From NCBI GenBank assembly GCA_964628285.1, contig CAZVNP010000005.1:902-64901 (forward strand): a stretch of DNA of 64,000 nt, in the 5' to 3' direction. The position numbers and the translations under genes are program-made. The notes below the pieces were generated by a model. It made no database searches. It was not told the DNA's origin and saw only the letters and a program-made list of their open reading frames with translations. Each line of letters starts with the position of its first letter. The stretch's first letter is position 1. This document shows positions 9,421-19,505 of the stretch, in pieces. The DNA comes from an uncultured Lentimicrobiaceae bacterium. Lineage in GTDB: Bacteria; Bacteroidota; Bacteroidia; Bacteroidales; JAGONC01.

Positions 9421-9567
9421 TCAGAACCATTCTTCAGTACCATCCTCCAGCAATATACCGCCTCTTTCAAAGTACAGGTCAAGAGCCAGTTGATAGTCAT
9501 CGGCTTCTTTCTTCGGCGAAATCTTCCTTTTTCTTGAACCAACGGTTTTCTTTACATTTTCATCCAT
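9421..9567 (-). CDS. Candidate 48-aa small protein (not in ORF track)
   Basis: Hand translation: MDENVKKTVGSRKRKISPKKEADDYQLALDLYFERGGILLEDGTEEWF*. Co-oriented between the DUF2582 and DUF488 genes. Confidence 0.5.
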   Translation of the reverse strand: MDENVKKTVGSRKRKISPKKEADDYQLALDLYFERGGILLEDGTEEWF

Positions 9568-9611
9568 GATTGTTCATTTTAAGTGTTAATATATGATGAA
9601 AGAAGGATCTA

Positions 9612-9824
9612 TCAGGTATTCACAGGAAAAACATACATACTCTCGTCAATTTCTATCAGCTTGATCTTATCTTCACGGGCAAGCCATCCCAGTGCCATGT
9701 AAAAATCATCTTTTTTAATCCGGCACTCTTTTATTAACATCGGGACCTTGGTGTCGGTGAGATCTGCCTCCAGCCTCCGCCAAATGATTCCGGCATTTGT
9801 CCCAATCTGATCCTTTTTTTTCAT
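9612..9824 (-). CDS. DUF2582-family winged-helix protein
   Basis: IGTNAGIIW...YMALGWLAREDKI signature. Confidence 0.85.
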   Translation of the reverse strand: MKKKDQIGTNAGIIWRRLEADLTDTKVPMLIKECRIKKDDFYMALGWLAREDKIKLIEIDESMYVFPVNT

Positions 9825-9971
9825 GTGTCATTCATATTATCAGTTATATTAAACAAATTCCTGAAGCATCTGTCTATTACATTAGCTTTTCTGCTGAGAA
9901 TTAATACATTAAACTACAAATCATCATACCCTAAAGACCCCATAAAAGTACAGGCGTCTCTTTGGATCGGC

Positions 9972-10010
9972 ATTAAGAACGGATTAAGAAAAAATTAAGA
10001 TCTCATTAAA
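9972..10010. promoter_or_regulatory. Four ATTAAGA-like direct repeats at 11-bp period, candidate OmpR-family binding site
   Basis: ATTAAGA at 9972, 9983 and 9994; ATTAAA at 10005. Confidence 0.5.
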
Positions 10011-10026
10011 AATACCGTGCGAACAT

Positions 10027-10704
10027 CTACCTTTTATCGGTCATAATGTACCCGACGCCGGTAACGGTATGAATAAGCCTGGGAGAAAAGTCCTTGTCCA
10101 GTTTTTTCCTTAATGAATTGATGTGAACATCGATAACATTGGTGCCGGGATAAAATTGAAAGTTCCAGATTTTCTCAGCTATTTCGGCTCTGTCGAGAAC
10201 CCTTCCCTGATTTCTCAATAACAACTCAAGAATATGATATTCACGTGACGTAAGTATTATCTCTTTATCAGCCCTGGTTACTTTTTTTGCCAGGGTATCC
10301 ATTTCCAGGTCGGCAAGCCGCAGTAACGGATGAATGATCATATCTTTGCTCCTGCGGTTCAACGCCTCGACACGGGCCAGCAGCTCCCTGAACTCAAAGG
10401 GCTTGGCAAGATAATCGTCGGCGCCACTGTCAAATCCTTCCACCTTGTCGTCGATCGAACCGAGTGAAGTCAAGATAATAACCGGGGTTTTTATCCCGGC
10501 CGCCCTGATCTTCCTGCATAGCTCCATTCCATTTATTCCGGGCAGCACCACATCGAGGACGATCAGATCATATTTTCTGCTCGTCGCCAGTTTTTCCCCG
10601 GTCACTCCGTCATAAGCCTGATCGACAACGTGCTTTTTATCTTCCAGTCCATATTTTATGGAAGTTGACAGCTTTTCATCATCATCAACCAATAAAATTT
10701 TCAT
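10027..10704 (-). CDS. OmpR/PhoB-family response regulator (CusR/CzcR-like)
   Basis: LLVDDD, LDVVLP, GADDYLAKPF, LTSREY, TNVIDVHINSLRKK, IHTVTGVGY. Confidence 0.93.
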   Translation of the reverse strand: MKILLVDDDEKLSTSIKYGLEDKKHVVDQAYDGVTGEKLATSRKYDLIVLDVVLPGINGMELCRKIRAAGIKTPVIILTSLGSIDDKVEGFDSGADDYLAKPFEFRELLARVEALNRRSKDMIIHPLLRLADLEMDTLAKKVTRADKEIILTSREYHILELLLRNQGRVLDRAEIAEKIWNFQFYPGTNVIDVHINSLRKKLDKDFSPRLIHTVTGVGYIMTDKR

Positions 10705-10996
10705 CGGACCGCGATTTGAAAATAACGGCCATTGCCATCATCTGACAAAAATATATAACATCCGTATCTTTTCTATTCCACGCATGACTTTTTTTACTTC
10801 AAATAATTATAATTTTACACGGCAAGGTTCTTATTTTATAAATTGTCATAGAATTTATCCACTTGACGGTAATCGAACATTTTTTTGTAAATTCACCCTG
10901 TCGATATAATCGGTAACCGGTCACGTGGTAAACCCGGCTATCAATACGCCGCGACCAGGTAGTCGTACATTGTTTCGCAACTTAACGGTTCACACG

Positions 10997-13900
10997 ATGA
11001 GAATGCCCGGGAAAAAAGATATTATACAATTGCTGATCATCATGATCCTGATACCTTTGGTGGTGACGGTCATCACCCTCATCGTGGTTTATCACCTGAC
11101 ACTCAGAGGTAAAATGGATTTGCTGAAAGATATTTCATCGGACCAGACCGAGCTGATCACAACAGCCTTTCAGGCGACAAAAGATACTACTGCCGTTTTG
11201 AAGACAATAAAAAAGCAGGAAGATATAACCAATGGCTTGGATGAGACGGGCGAGTTCATTCTTGCTTACCGTAAAAAGGATTCAATATACTTTATTTTAG
11301 AACAACGGAATGAATATTTCATTCAGCCCAAGCCCATTTCAATTGATTCAAAAACCGCTGAACCCATCAAATATGCTCTCCAGAAACACAGTGGATTTAT
11401 CAGGGGTAGGGACTATAAGAACAAAAGGGTCCTCGCTTATTATAATCACATCCCTGGTCTGGAATGGGGCATGGTTGTAAAAACGGATCTGGCGAAATTA
11501 CAAAGGCCTTTTTATCATGCAGCCTTTTATGCCGTCATATCTTCACTCTTACTGGTATTGATTGGGATATATATTTTCAGGCGGGTCTCGGTGCCCATCG
11601 TAAAAAAAATCATTGAAAGCAATGAGCGTTACAGGAACTTATTCGAGCATTCCGTCATTCCCATCTGGGAGGTCGATCTCTCATTAATAAAAAAACATCT
11701 CAACATATTAAGGGAATCAGGCATCAGCGATCTTAAAGCTCACTTGGAACAAAATCAGGATGCTTTAAATTACCTGATCTCATTGGTTAAAGTGATTGAT
11801 ATCAATCAGAAAAGCGTATCATTTTTTAAAGCCGGGGGTAAAGAAGATCTGTTGACGAACACGCAATTTTATTTCAGTGAGGATTATAAGGAAGTGTTCA
11901 GGGAAATGGTGATTCGTCTGGCGGGAGGTGCAACTCATTTTGAAGGTGAAATTGAGGCCAGGACCGTGGAGGGCAAGCGTGTACTTTCAATACACCTTGA
12001 CGTGGCACCGGGGTATGAAAACAGTCTCGGTAAAATCCTGGTTTCATTTGTCGATTTCACCGACCGAAAGCGCATGGAGGAAGCTTTGAAGGAAAGCGAA
12101 AAGCAGCTCCGCCGCCAGGCTGAACTTTTGGAATATGCTCCTGTGCTGGTACGTGATTTACAAGATCAGATCATCATGTGGGACAAGGGCATGGAAGAAC
12201 TGTACGGTTACCGCCATGATGAGGCTTTGGGAATGATATCACATGACCTCCTGAAGACTGTGTTCCCTCTTTCTCGTGCTGCCACCGCCGAGGCTTTGAA
12301 CCGTGGCGGCTATTGGTTCGGTGAGTTACGGCATTACCGCAACGATGGCCGGCAGGTATGGGTCAACAGCTTACAGATCCTTCACCGGAACCGGCAAGGT
12401 AAGCCTGATGCCATCATCGAAATCAATAACGACATCACGTTGTTAAAAAAAAGAGAAGCAGAACTCCATAAGCTGAACCGCACCCTCAAGGCTTTGGGCA
12501 ACAGCAGGCAAGCCATGTTACATGCCACGGATGAAGTGCCCTACCTCCAGGAGATATGCCGCATTATCCAGGAGGATTGTGGCCATGCCATGATATGGAT
12601 AGGCTATGCCATGAACGATGACACCAAGTCGGTCATCCCCGTAACCTATGCCGGTTTTGAGAAAGGTTATCTGGAGACACTTCACATCACCTGGCACGAT
12701 ACGGAACGTGGCCGCGGTCCCACAGGCACTGCCATCAGAACCGGAGAGCCTGCCGGCTGCAACAACATGCTGACCGATCCTAATTTCAAGCCCTGGCGCA
12801 ACGAAGCCCTCAAGCGCGGTTATGCCTCTTCCATCGTTCTCCCGCTGAAAGATGACAAACGTACCTTCGGTGCCATCTCAATCTATGCCAGGGAACCGGA
12901 AGCTTTCTCCGATGAGGAAGTGGCATTACTCTCACAGTTGGCTGTCGATGTCTCCTACGGCATTATGAACATCCGCCTGCGTCTTAAAAACATCGAAACG
13001 GAAGAGGCCATACGCCAAAGTGAAGAAAAGTACCGCCTGCTGTTCAATACCATGACCGATGGCTTCGCCCTTCATGAGATCATCCTTGACGATAAGAATA
13101 ATCCGGTTGACTATCGGTTCCTCAGCATCAATCCCTCTTTTGAAGCGATGACCGGCAGGAGTGCGAATGATTTGGTCGGAAAAACCGTCAGGGAAGTGTT
13201 TCCCGATATCGAGCCCCATTGGATCAACACTTACGGAACGGTTGCCATGACAGGGAAAAGAATGGTATTTGAACATTATTACCCTTCTTTAGACAAGTAT
13301 TTCAATCTCAGAGTTTTCTCGCCTAAAATGGGTTATTTTGCAGTGATATATGATGACATAACGTTTTATAAAAAAGCCGAACAGGCCATTGCCGCCAGCG
13401 AACAAAAACTGAAAACATATGCTGATGAACTCAAAAATCTACTGGCCACAAAAGATAAATTTTTCAGCATCCTCGCACATGACCTTCGAAATCCCTTCAG
13501 CAGCCTGTTTATCGCTTCCGAACTCCTTTATGAGAATGTACCTGAATATGACACCGAAAGAACCAGGGAATTCATTAAAATCTTCAACGACGCAGCCAAA
13601 CATGGTCACGACATCCTTGAAAACCTGCTTGAATGGTCACGGTCACAAACAGGGTCCATCAGCGTCAATCCTGAGTCATTGAATATCAGTGAACTTATCA
13701 GAAGCAACCTGTCAGTGCTGCAAGCGGCAGCTATCAGCAAACAGATCTCCATATCTGCCGAGGTTCCGGACGATATCCGGATAAACTCCGACAAGCATAT
13801 GCTGGATACCATCCTGAGAAATCTGTTAAGCAATGCCATTAAATTTACACTTAGAGGCGGCTATGTCTCTGTCCATGCAATACCAAGCGACGACCATCTC

Positions 13901-14125
13901 CTAGTGACCATTAAAGACACGGGCACAGGGATATCAGAAGAAGATCTGAGCAAACTTTTCAGAATAGACATTAAATTTAGTAATGTCGGTACCGAGGGTG
14001 AAAAAGGGACCGGCATGGGATTGATTTTATGCAGGGAATTTGTCGGAAAGCTCGGGGGCAAGATATGGGTTGAAAGTGTTGTCAATCAGGGAAGTGAATT
14101 CAAATTCACCATTCCGATGCAGTGA
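10997..14125 (+). CDS. Sensor histidine kinase (TM-Cache-like-TM-PAS-PAS-GAF-PAS-HisKA-HATPase)
   Basis: H-box AHDLRNPF, NLLSNAIKFT, DTGTG, GTGMGL; GAF segment GRGPTGTAIRTG. Start uncertain (10925, 10997 or 11003). Confidence 0.92.
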   Translation: MRMPGKKDIIQLLIIMILIPLVVTVITLIVVYHLTLRGKMDLLKDISSDQTELITTAFQATKDTTAVLKTIKKQEDITNGLDETGEFILAYRKKDSIYFILEQRNEYFIQPKPISIDSKTAEPIKYALQKHSGFIRGRDYKNKRVLAYYNHIPGLEWGMVVKTDLAKLQRPFYHAAFYAVISSLLLVLIGIYIFRRVSVPIVKKIIESNERYRNLFEHSVIPIWEVDLSLIKKHLNILRESGISDLKAHLEQNQDALNYLISLVKVIDINQKSVSFFKAGGKEDLLTNTQFYFSEDYKEVFREMVIRLAGGATHFEGEIEARTVEGKRVLSIHLDVAPGYENSLGKILVSFVDFTDRKRMEEALKESEKQLRRQAELLEYAPVLVRDLQDQIIMWDKGMEELYGYRHDEALGMISHDLLKTVFPLSRAATAEALNRGGYWFGELRHYRNDGRQVWVNSLQILHRNRQGKPDAIIEINNDITLLKKREAELHKLNRTLKALGNSRQAMLHATDEVPYLQEICRIIQEDCGHAMIWIGYAMNDDTKSVIPVTYAGFEKGYLETLHITWHDTERGRGPTGTAIRTGEPAGCNNMLTDPNFKPWRNEALKRGYASSIVLPLKDDKRTFGAISIYAREPEAFSDEEVALLSQLAVDVSYGIMNIRLRLKNIETEEAIRQSEEKYRLLFNTMTDGFALHEIILDDKNNPVDYRFLSINPSFEAMTGRSANDLVGKTVREVFPDIEPHWINTYGTVAMTGKRMVFEHYYPSLDKYFNLRVFSPKMGYFAVIYDDITFYKKAEQAIAASEQKLKTYADELKNLLATKDKFFSILAHDLRNPFSSLFIASELLYENVPEYDTERTREFIKIFNDAAKHGHDILENLLEWSRSQTGSISVNPESLNISELIRSNLSVLQAAAISKQISISAEVPDDIRINSDKHMLDTILRNLLSNAIKFTLRGGYVSVHAIPSDDHLLVTIKDTGTGISEEDLSKLFRIDIKFSNVGTEGEKGTGMGLILCREFVGKLGGKIWVESVVNQGSEFKFTIPMQ

Positions 14126-14295
14126 CATCCCTGTAATATGGAAAAAGAAGCCAATTATCTTTTCGATCATTTTGACGATATTTGAATCGTAATCTTTAAT
14201 TTTACGGCCAATTTTTTTCATTTTTCAATAAACCGGCTTTCCGGACGATGAATATTTTACATGCATAACCATCAGGGAACAATTAATCATAATAT

Positions 14296-15087
14296 ATGTC
14301 ACTCACGGCATTAATTACCGGAGGTTCCTCCGGACTGGGATATTCTATCGCCACACTCCTGGCACAACGGGGTTACAACATCATCATTCTGGCCAGGGAC
14401 TCTCAACGCATCGATGCAGCCTGCCAGCGGTTATCCGTTCACCCGGTTTCACGGCGGGGCATCACATGTGATATCACGCGGGAAGAAGACCTTCGTGCAG
14501 CTGCAAAAATCGTGGAACAGGAATTTGGAACAATTGACTTCCTGGTGCTCAATGCCGGTGAAGTCACCGTCAGATTACTTGGCGAATACGGTACTGTTGC
14601 CGATCTTAAAAAAGATATGGAAGTTGATTTATGGGGAACCATCCAGTCCGCCTGGTTCTTTGTTCCTTTTCTTGCAAAGGGCGCGAAGGTGCTGATGATC
14701 TCATCGGGTTTCGGATTGATGGGAGCGGCGGGGTATTCCGTGTATTGCGCTGCCAAGGCAGGAGTCATTAACTTCGGTGAAGCTTTGCGTCGTGAGCTTT
14801 TACACCGCCACATACAGGTTTATGTCGCCTGTCCCGGCGATATGGATACGCCGCAGTTTCATGGTGAGATAGCCAGCCAGCCGGACTGGATGAAGGCCAA
14901 AAATTCACCGCGCCGGGTCATGTCACCGGAAAAGACCGCACAAAAGATACTGGGCAGATGCACCGGCAGTTCCAAATTTCTGATCATCACGGGCGCGGAT
15001 GTCAGGTTGCTGGCCTTCGCCACCAAGCTCCTGCCGCGACGATGGCGCGACAAATTGATCGACGGCATGCTGCCTTTACCTGGATAA
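14296..15087 (+). CDS. SDR oxidoreductase, 3-ketodihydrosphingosine reductase (KDSR)-like
   Basis: ITGGSSGLG, NAG, GYSVYCAAK (YxxxK), EALRRE and CPGDMDTPQF resembling the KDSR PPDTDTP motif. SDR call is firm; KDSR subtype is inferred. Confidence 0.75.
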   Translation: MSLTALITGGSSGLGYSIATLLAQRGYNIIILARDSQRIDAACQRLSVHPVSRRGITCDITREEDLRAAAKIVEQEFGTIDFLVLNAGEVTVRLLGEYGTVADLKKDMEVDLWGTIQSAWFFVPFLAKGAKVLMISSGFGLMGAAGYSVYCAAKAGVINFGEALRRELLHRHIQVYVACPGDMDTPQFHGEIASQPDWMKAKNSPRRVMSPEKTAQKILGRCTGSSKFLIITGADVRLLAFATKLLPRRWRDKLIDGMLPLPG

Positions 15088-15151
15088 TGAGAGTATCAGT
15101 TTAAAAGAAAAGGTTTATTACATTAGTTGGATAATTACCAATAAAATAAAC

Positions 15152-16450
15152 ATGAAATCTGAATTGTTAAAAGCCCTCGGGGGAAGTGCCCTTGATTATT
15201 TAAAGGTGAGCGGTAAAACCCTGATGTCACGATATACACCTCTATCCGATCTGGCGGCTCTTCGCAACAGTTATGGCGTGATGTTTTCGGCCAACAGGGT
15301 GCTGACATCCGTCGTGTCACCCTATGTGGATGCCGAGGTGGCCAACCGCAGGAAAGAGCGTTATCTGAACTTCAGTTCACAGGACTACCTTGGACTGGCC
15401 CAGGATGAAGAGGTGAAGAATGCCGTTAAGCAGGCTGTGGATGACTATGGCATTCATACGGCCTCATCCCCTATCCTGACCGGCAGGAACAAACTCACAG
15501 AGAAGCTTGAGGCAACCTTGGCAGGCATTCTAAATACGGAACAATGCTTACTCTATCCCACCGGCTGGAGCGCCTGTTTCGGTGTCATAGCCGCCCTGGT
15601 CACCGTCAACGATCACCTGATCATTGATTCATTATCACATAACAGCCTGCAGGTGGCAGCGCGTTACAGCACCCCGCTGCTGCAAAAATTCAGACACAAT
15701 GACATCGGTCATCTTGAAACCCTGATGCAGAAATGCCGCGAGAAAGATCCGGTGAACGGTCTCTTCGTCGTCATGGAGAGTCTTTACTCCATGAATTCAG
15801 ATGTGCCGGATCTGAAGCAGGTGCTGCAGTTGATCCGGCAATATGAAGGCATTCTGATCCTTGATATTGCGCATGACTTCGGAGCCATGGGTGAGAGAGG
15901 CCTGGGATTGCTGGAGACCGTGACGAAAGCGGATCTTGACAATGTGGTCATCTGCGGCGCCTTCAGTAAATCCTTTGCCTCCAACGGTGGCTTTGTGGCG
16001 GGGCCCAACATCATCCGGCCCCAGCTCATCGTTTTCAGCCCCTCCTACACTTTTTCAAACGGCATCTCACCCATGCAATGTGCGGTGGTTCAGAAATGTG
16101 CCGAGATCATTTTTTCGGAGAAAGGCGATCATCTGAGAAGTATGCTAAGGGATCACATCGATTTTGCCATCCACGCCTTCACCTCCAATGGATTTGTCAC
16201 CACCGGAGTTCCCAGCCCTATCGTGCCGGTACTCATTGGAGCCGAAGAGCTGGCCAGACTGATATCAAAGGAAACTGCTAAAAAAGGCCTGCTGGCCAAT
16301 CTGGCCGAATTTCCTGCAGTGCCTAAAGGCAAGGCCATCTTCAGGTTCCAGCTCATGAGCACACACCGGAATCAGCATATCGCCGAAGCCGTCCAGATAC
16401 TGAAAAGCACCAAGGCCGACGCCGAGATGATCCTGCGCCAACTGAAATGA
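15152..16450 (+). CDS. PLP-dependent alpha-oxoamine synthase (serine palmitoyltransferase/BioF family)
   Basis: NFSSQDYLGL, SHNSL, FRHND, ESLYSMNSD, DIAHDFG and GAFSKSFASNGG (PLP lysine). Confidence 0.88.
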   Translation: MKSELLKALGGSALDYLKVSGKTLMSRYTPLSDLAALRNSYGVMFSANRVLTSVVSPYVDAEVANRRKERYLNFSSQDYLGLAQDEEVKNAVKQAVDDYGIHTASSPILTGRNKLTEKLEATLAGILNTEQCLLYPTGWSACFGVIAALVTVNDHLIIDSLSHNSLQVAARYSTPLLQKFRHNDIGHLETLMQKCREKDPVNGLFVVMESLYSMNSDVPDLKQVLQLIRQYEGILILDIAHDFGAMGERGLGLLETVTKADLDNVVICGAFSKSFASNGGFVAGPNIIRPQLIVFSPSYTFSNGISPMQCAVVQKCAEIIFSEKGDHLRSMLRDHIDFAIHAFTSNGFVTTGVPSPIVPVLIGAEELARLISKETAKKGLLANLAEFPAVPKGKAIFRFQLMSTHRNQHIAEAVQILKSTKADAEMILRQLK

Positions 16451-16625
16451 CCGTCAGACCGCATCACGTCATTGTGGTCCATCAATAATCCTGACATTTT
16501 CCACCTGATACCTTTCAAAGGGTATCGGGTATCATCATCCCTCCATAACAAAACATCCGTTAACAAAACAGGTAAAAGATTGTTTATAAGCCGGTATTGT
16601 TATAGTTGAATTATAAAAAATAATC

Positions 16626-17804
16626 ATGCCTGATTATCATTACCTTATCATCGGTGGCGGGATGACTGCCGATGCTGCCGTGAAAGGCATCCGCCGGGTG
16701 GATAGCAACGGCAGCATAGGTCTTATCAGCAGCGAGGGTTACCTTCCCTATGACCGGCCTCCATTGTCGAAGGCTTTATGGAAAGGCGAACCGATGGATA
16801 AAATATGGCGACATACACCCTCCGGCCATGTTGAAACACACCTGTCACGGACAGTGAAAAAGATCGACTCCGGAAAGAAAATAGTCACCGATGATCAGGG
16901 CACTGTTTATTCTTACGGTAAACTTTTACTGGCCACAGGCGGGAGAGCGCGTCGCTTACCCTATCATGTGAATGGCATCATTTACTTCAGAACCCTGGAT
17001 GATTACCATGCGCTGAAAGCTTTGAGCAGTTCACATAAACACATCGCCGTGATCGGCGGGGGCTTTATCGGATCTGAAATTGCCGCGGCACTAACCATGA
17101 ACGACACTTCCGTCACGATGATCTTCCCTGAAGAAAGCCTCGGAGCACATGTTTATCCTGCCGCCCTGTCGTCGTTTGTCCATGCTTATTTTCAATCAAA
17201 AGAGGTTCATATCATTTCCGGCGAGAGCGTGACAATGATCAAGCAACGTGATTCTTCATATGTTATTGAAACCTCTCACGGCAAAGAGTTGCATGTTGAT
17301 GGCGTTGTGGCCGGTATCGGCATTCTGCCCGAAACGGAACTGGCACATGCTTCAAAACTGGCCACCGATAACGGCATTATTGTGGACGAATACCTCCAGA
17401 CCACACACCAGGATATTTATGCTGCGGGTGATGTAGCCAACTTTTATAATCCTGTCCTGGGGAAAAGAATACGTCTGGAACATGAAGACAATGCCAACCG
17501 TATGGGTGAAACAGCAGGTATGAATATGGCCGGCGAGCATGTTCTTTACCACTACCTGCCATTTTTTTACTCCGATCTGTTCGATCTTGGCTATGAAGCC
17601 GTCGGTGAAATTGACAGCCGTTATGAAATGATCGGCGACTGGAAAGAACCTTTTCGTGAAGGTGTTGTTTATTATCTGCATCAGGGCAGGATAAAAGGGA
17701 TACTGCTATGGAATACATGGGGACAGGTGGAAGCTGCACGTCAGTTAATGGCTGAGAAAGGGCCTTTCACCGCACATACAGTGAGAGGACGTCTTCAGAC
17801 TTAA
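16626..17804 (+). CDS. FAD/NAD(P)-dependent oxidoreductase (ferredoxin reductase/AIF-like)
   Basis: IIGGG, PYDRPPLSK, LLATG, IGGGFIGSE, YAAGDVA, PFFYSDLFD. Confidence 0.9.
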   Translation: MPDYHYLIIGGGMTADAAVKGIRRVDSNGSIGLISSEGYLPYDRPPLSKALWKGEPMDKIWRHTPSGHVETHLSRTVKKIDSGKKIVTDDQGTVYSYGKLLLATGGRARRLPYHVNGIIYFRTLDDYHALKALSSSHKHIAVIGGGFIGSEIAAALTMNDTSVTMIFPEESLGAHVYPAALSSFVHAYFQSKEVHIISGESVTMIKQRDSSYVIETSHGKELHVDGVVAGIGILPETELAHASKLATDNGIIVDEYLQTTHQDIYAAGDVANFYNPVLGKRIRLEHEDNANRMGETAGMNMAGEHVLYHYLPFFYSDLFDLGYEAVGEIDSRYEMIGDWKEPFREGVVYYLHQGRIKGILLWNTWGQVEAARQLMAEKGPFTAHTVRGRLQT

Positions 17805-17862
17805 CATCACTGCCGCTGATAAATCATGAAAAAGGATCGAACGATAGTTTTTCATAACGACA

Positions 17863-18336
17863 ATGGAAACACCTCCGACGGAACCGGTATTATTTCTTCT
17901 TCTTGAGAACATACTGTTTTACATGCTGAACAATAACCTCAGCAAGTCGCTTTCATTGACCCTTTCAATACCTATTTTAAACGGAAGGCAGGCAGCCGAT
18001 AATGTCAAACTGGGCGAATTGAACCTGCGCAATGCCAGGTTGAACGAAGAACAGGGTAAGGTCACCCTGCGCAAGGAGGTGGAACAGGCCTATTATGATC
18101 TTAAAAATGCGATATCCAATTACGAAGCGTCACAGGGACAACTGGATGCGGCTGCCGCTTCATATGACGATTCCAAGACATGTTACGATGCAGGCATGAT
18201 GAATGCCCCCGACCTGCTGGTTCAGAAGAACGCCCTTATAAAAGCACAGTCCGGCTTACTTCAGGCTAAGTATGACCTTATTTTTAAGTCTAAGATCCTC
18301 GACTACTATATGGGCATTAAAATAACTTTACAATAG
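17863..18336 (+). pseudogene. TolC-family outer membrane efflux protein, C-terminal fragment only
   Basis: SLTLSIPILNG...VEQAYY...QAKYDLIFKSKILDYYMG; only about 135 TolC-like residues, with no intact N-terminal repeat. Confidence 0.75.
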
Positions 18337-18345
18337 CGTGAAAAG

Positions 18346-19500
18346 ATGAAAAAAAGAAGAAGAAATGTGATCATTATCGTGATCGTAGTCGTTGTGCTGG
18401 CATTGCTGATATCTCCTTTTATCAGGAGACATCCTAAGATCACGGCTGCCAGTTTCATCACGACCACTGTTAAAACCGGCACGGTAACCAATGAGGTGAC
18501 AGCCACCGGCACAATCAATCCGCTTGTATCGGTGGATGTTGGTACACAGGTTTCGGGCATCATCTCCAAAATATATGTCGACTACAACGATATTGTAAAA
18601 AAAAGTGAGCTGATCGCATTGATTGACACGACAACGCTGCATGCATCCGTGGTGGATACACGTGCGGCCTTATTGAAAGCCAGGGCGCAGCTGGCTCAGC
18701 AGGAAAAAGAGTACGTCAGATACCAGGATCTGCTGGCTCAGAAGGCCATCGCTCAGAGTGATTACGACACCCAATATGCCGGCTACCTGTCGGCAAAAAG
18801 CGATCTGGAAGCAGCCGAAGCCGATCTTAATAAAGCACAGACAAACCTTTACTATGCCAAAATCACGGCACCCATCGATGGTGTTGTCATTTCGCGCAAT
18901 GTGAACATAGGACAGACCGTGGCAGCAAGCTTTGCCACTCCCACCCTGTTCACCATTGCCAATGATCTGAAGAAGATGCAACTGCTGGCTTATGTTGATG
19001 AAGCCGATATAGGCCAGGTGAGAAAAGGTCAGCCGGCTATGTTCAATGTTGACGCATACCCGGATGAAACATTCAGGGGAATTGTCGATCAGATACGGTT
19101 GCAACCCAACACCACGGGGAATGTCGTCACCTATACGGTTGTGATTGACGCACCCAATCCCGATCTGAAGCTTCTGCCAGGTATGAACGCCGATGTGTCG
19201 ATCGTTGTCAGAAAAGATACCAACGTGCTGACTGTACCCATGGCGGCCTTTGAATTTTCGCCTTATTCCGACACCGCCGTCACAACAAATACCATAGATA
19301 CTGTCTGGACATTAAGAGGAAACATACCCGTCCCCGTTAAAGTGAACAAAGGCATTGATGATGGCACCATATCGGAAATCTCGGGGAAGGGAGTGACCGA
19401 CACCCTGAGGGTGATCATCGGCCGAAGGGTTGTCGTCACACGTCAATACCGATCGATATTCCCGTCGCCACATAACAGACCGCATCCACCGAGAATTTAA
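18346..19500 (+). CDS. Efflux periplasmic adaptor subunit (MacA-like)
   Basis: ATGTINP, VGTQVSG, APIDGVVISRNVNIGQTVAASFATPTLF, VDEADIG, LLPGMNA. Confidence 0.92.
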   Translation: MKKRRRNVIIIVIVVVVLALLISPFIRRHPKITAASFITTTVKTGTVTNEVTATGTINPLVSVDVGTQVSGIISKIYVDYNDIVKKSELIALIDTTTLHASVVDTRAALLKARAQLAQQEKEYVRYQDLLAQKAIAQSDYDTQYAGYLSAKSDLEAAEADLNKAQTNLYYAKITAPIDGVVISRNVNIGQTVAASFATPTLFTIANDLKKMQLLAYVDEADIGQVRKGQPAMFNVDAYPDETFRGIVDQIRLQPNTTGNVVTYTVVIDAPNPDLKLLPGMNADVSIVVRKDTNVLTVPMAAFEFSPYSDTAVTTNTIDTVWTLRGNIPVPVKVNKGIDDGTISEISGKGVTDTLRVIIGRRVVVTRQYRSIFPSPHNRPHPPRI

Positions 19501-19505
19501 CAGAC

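Noticed and set aside
9360-9542. 60-aa track ORF
   Set aside because: No ATG start, and it overlaps a more protein-like 48-aa ATG ORF in another frame.
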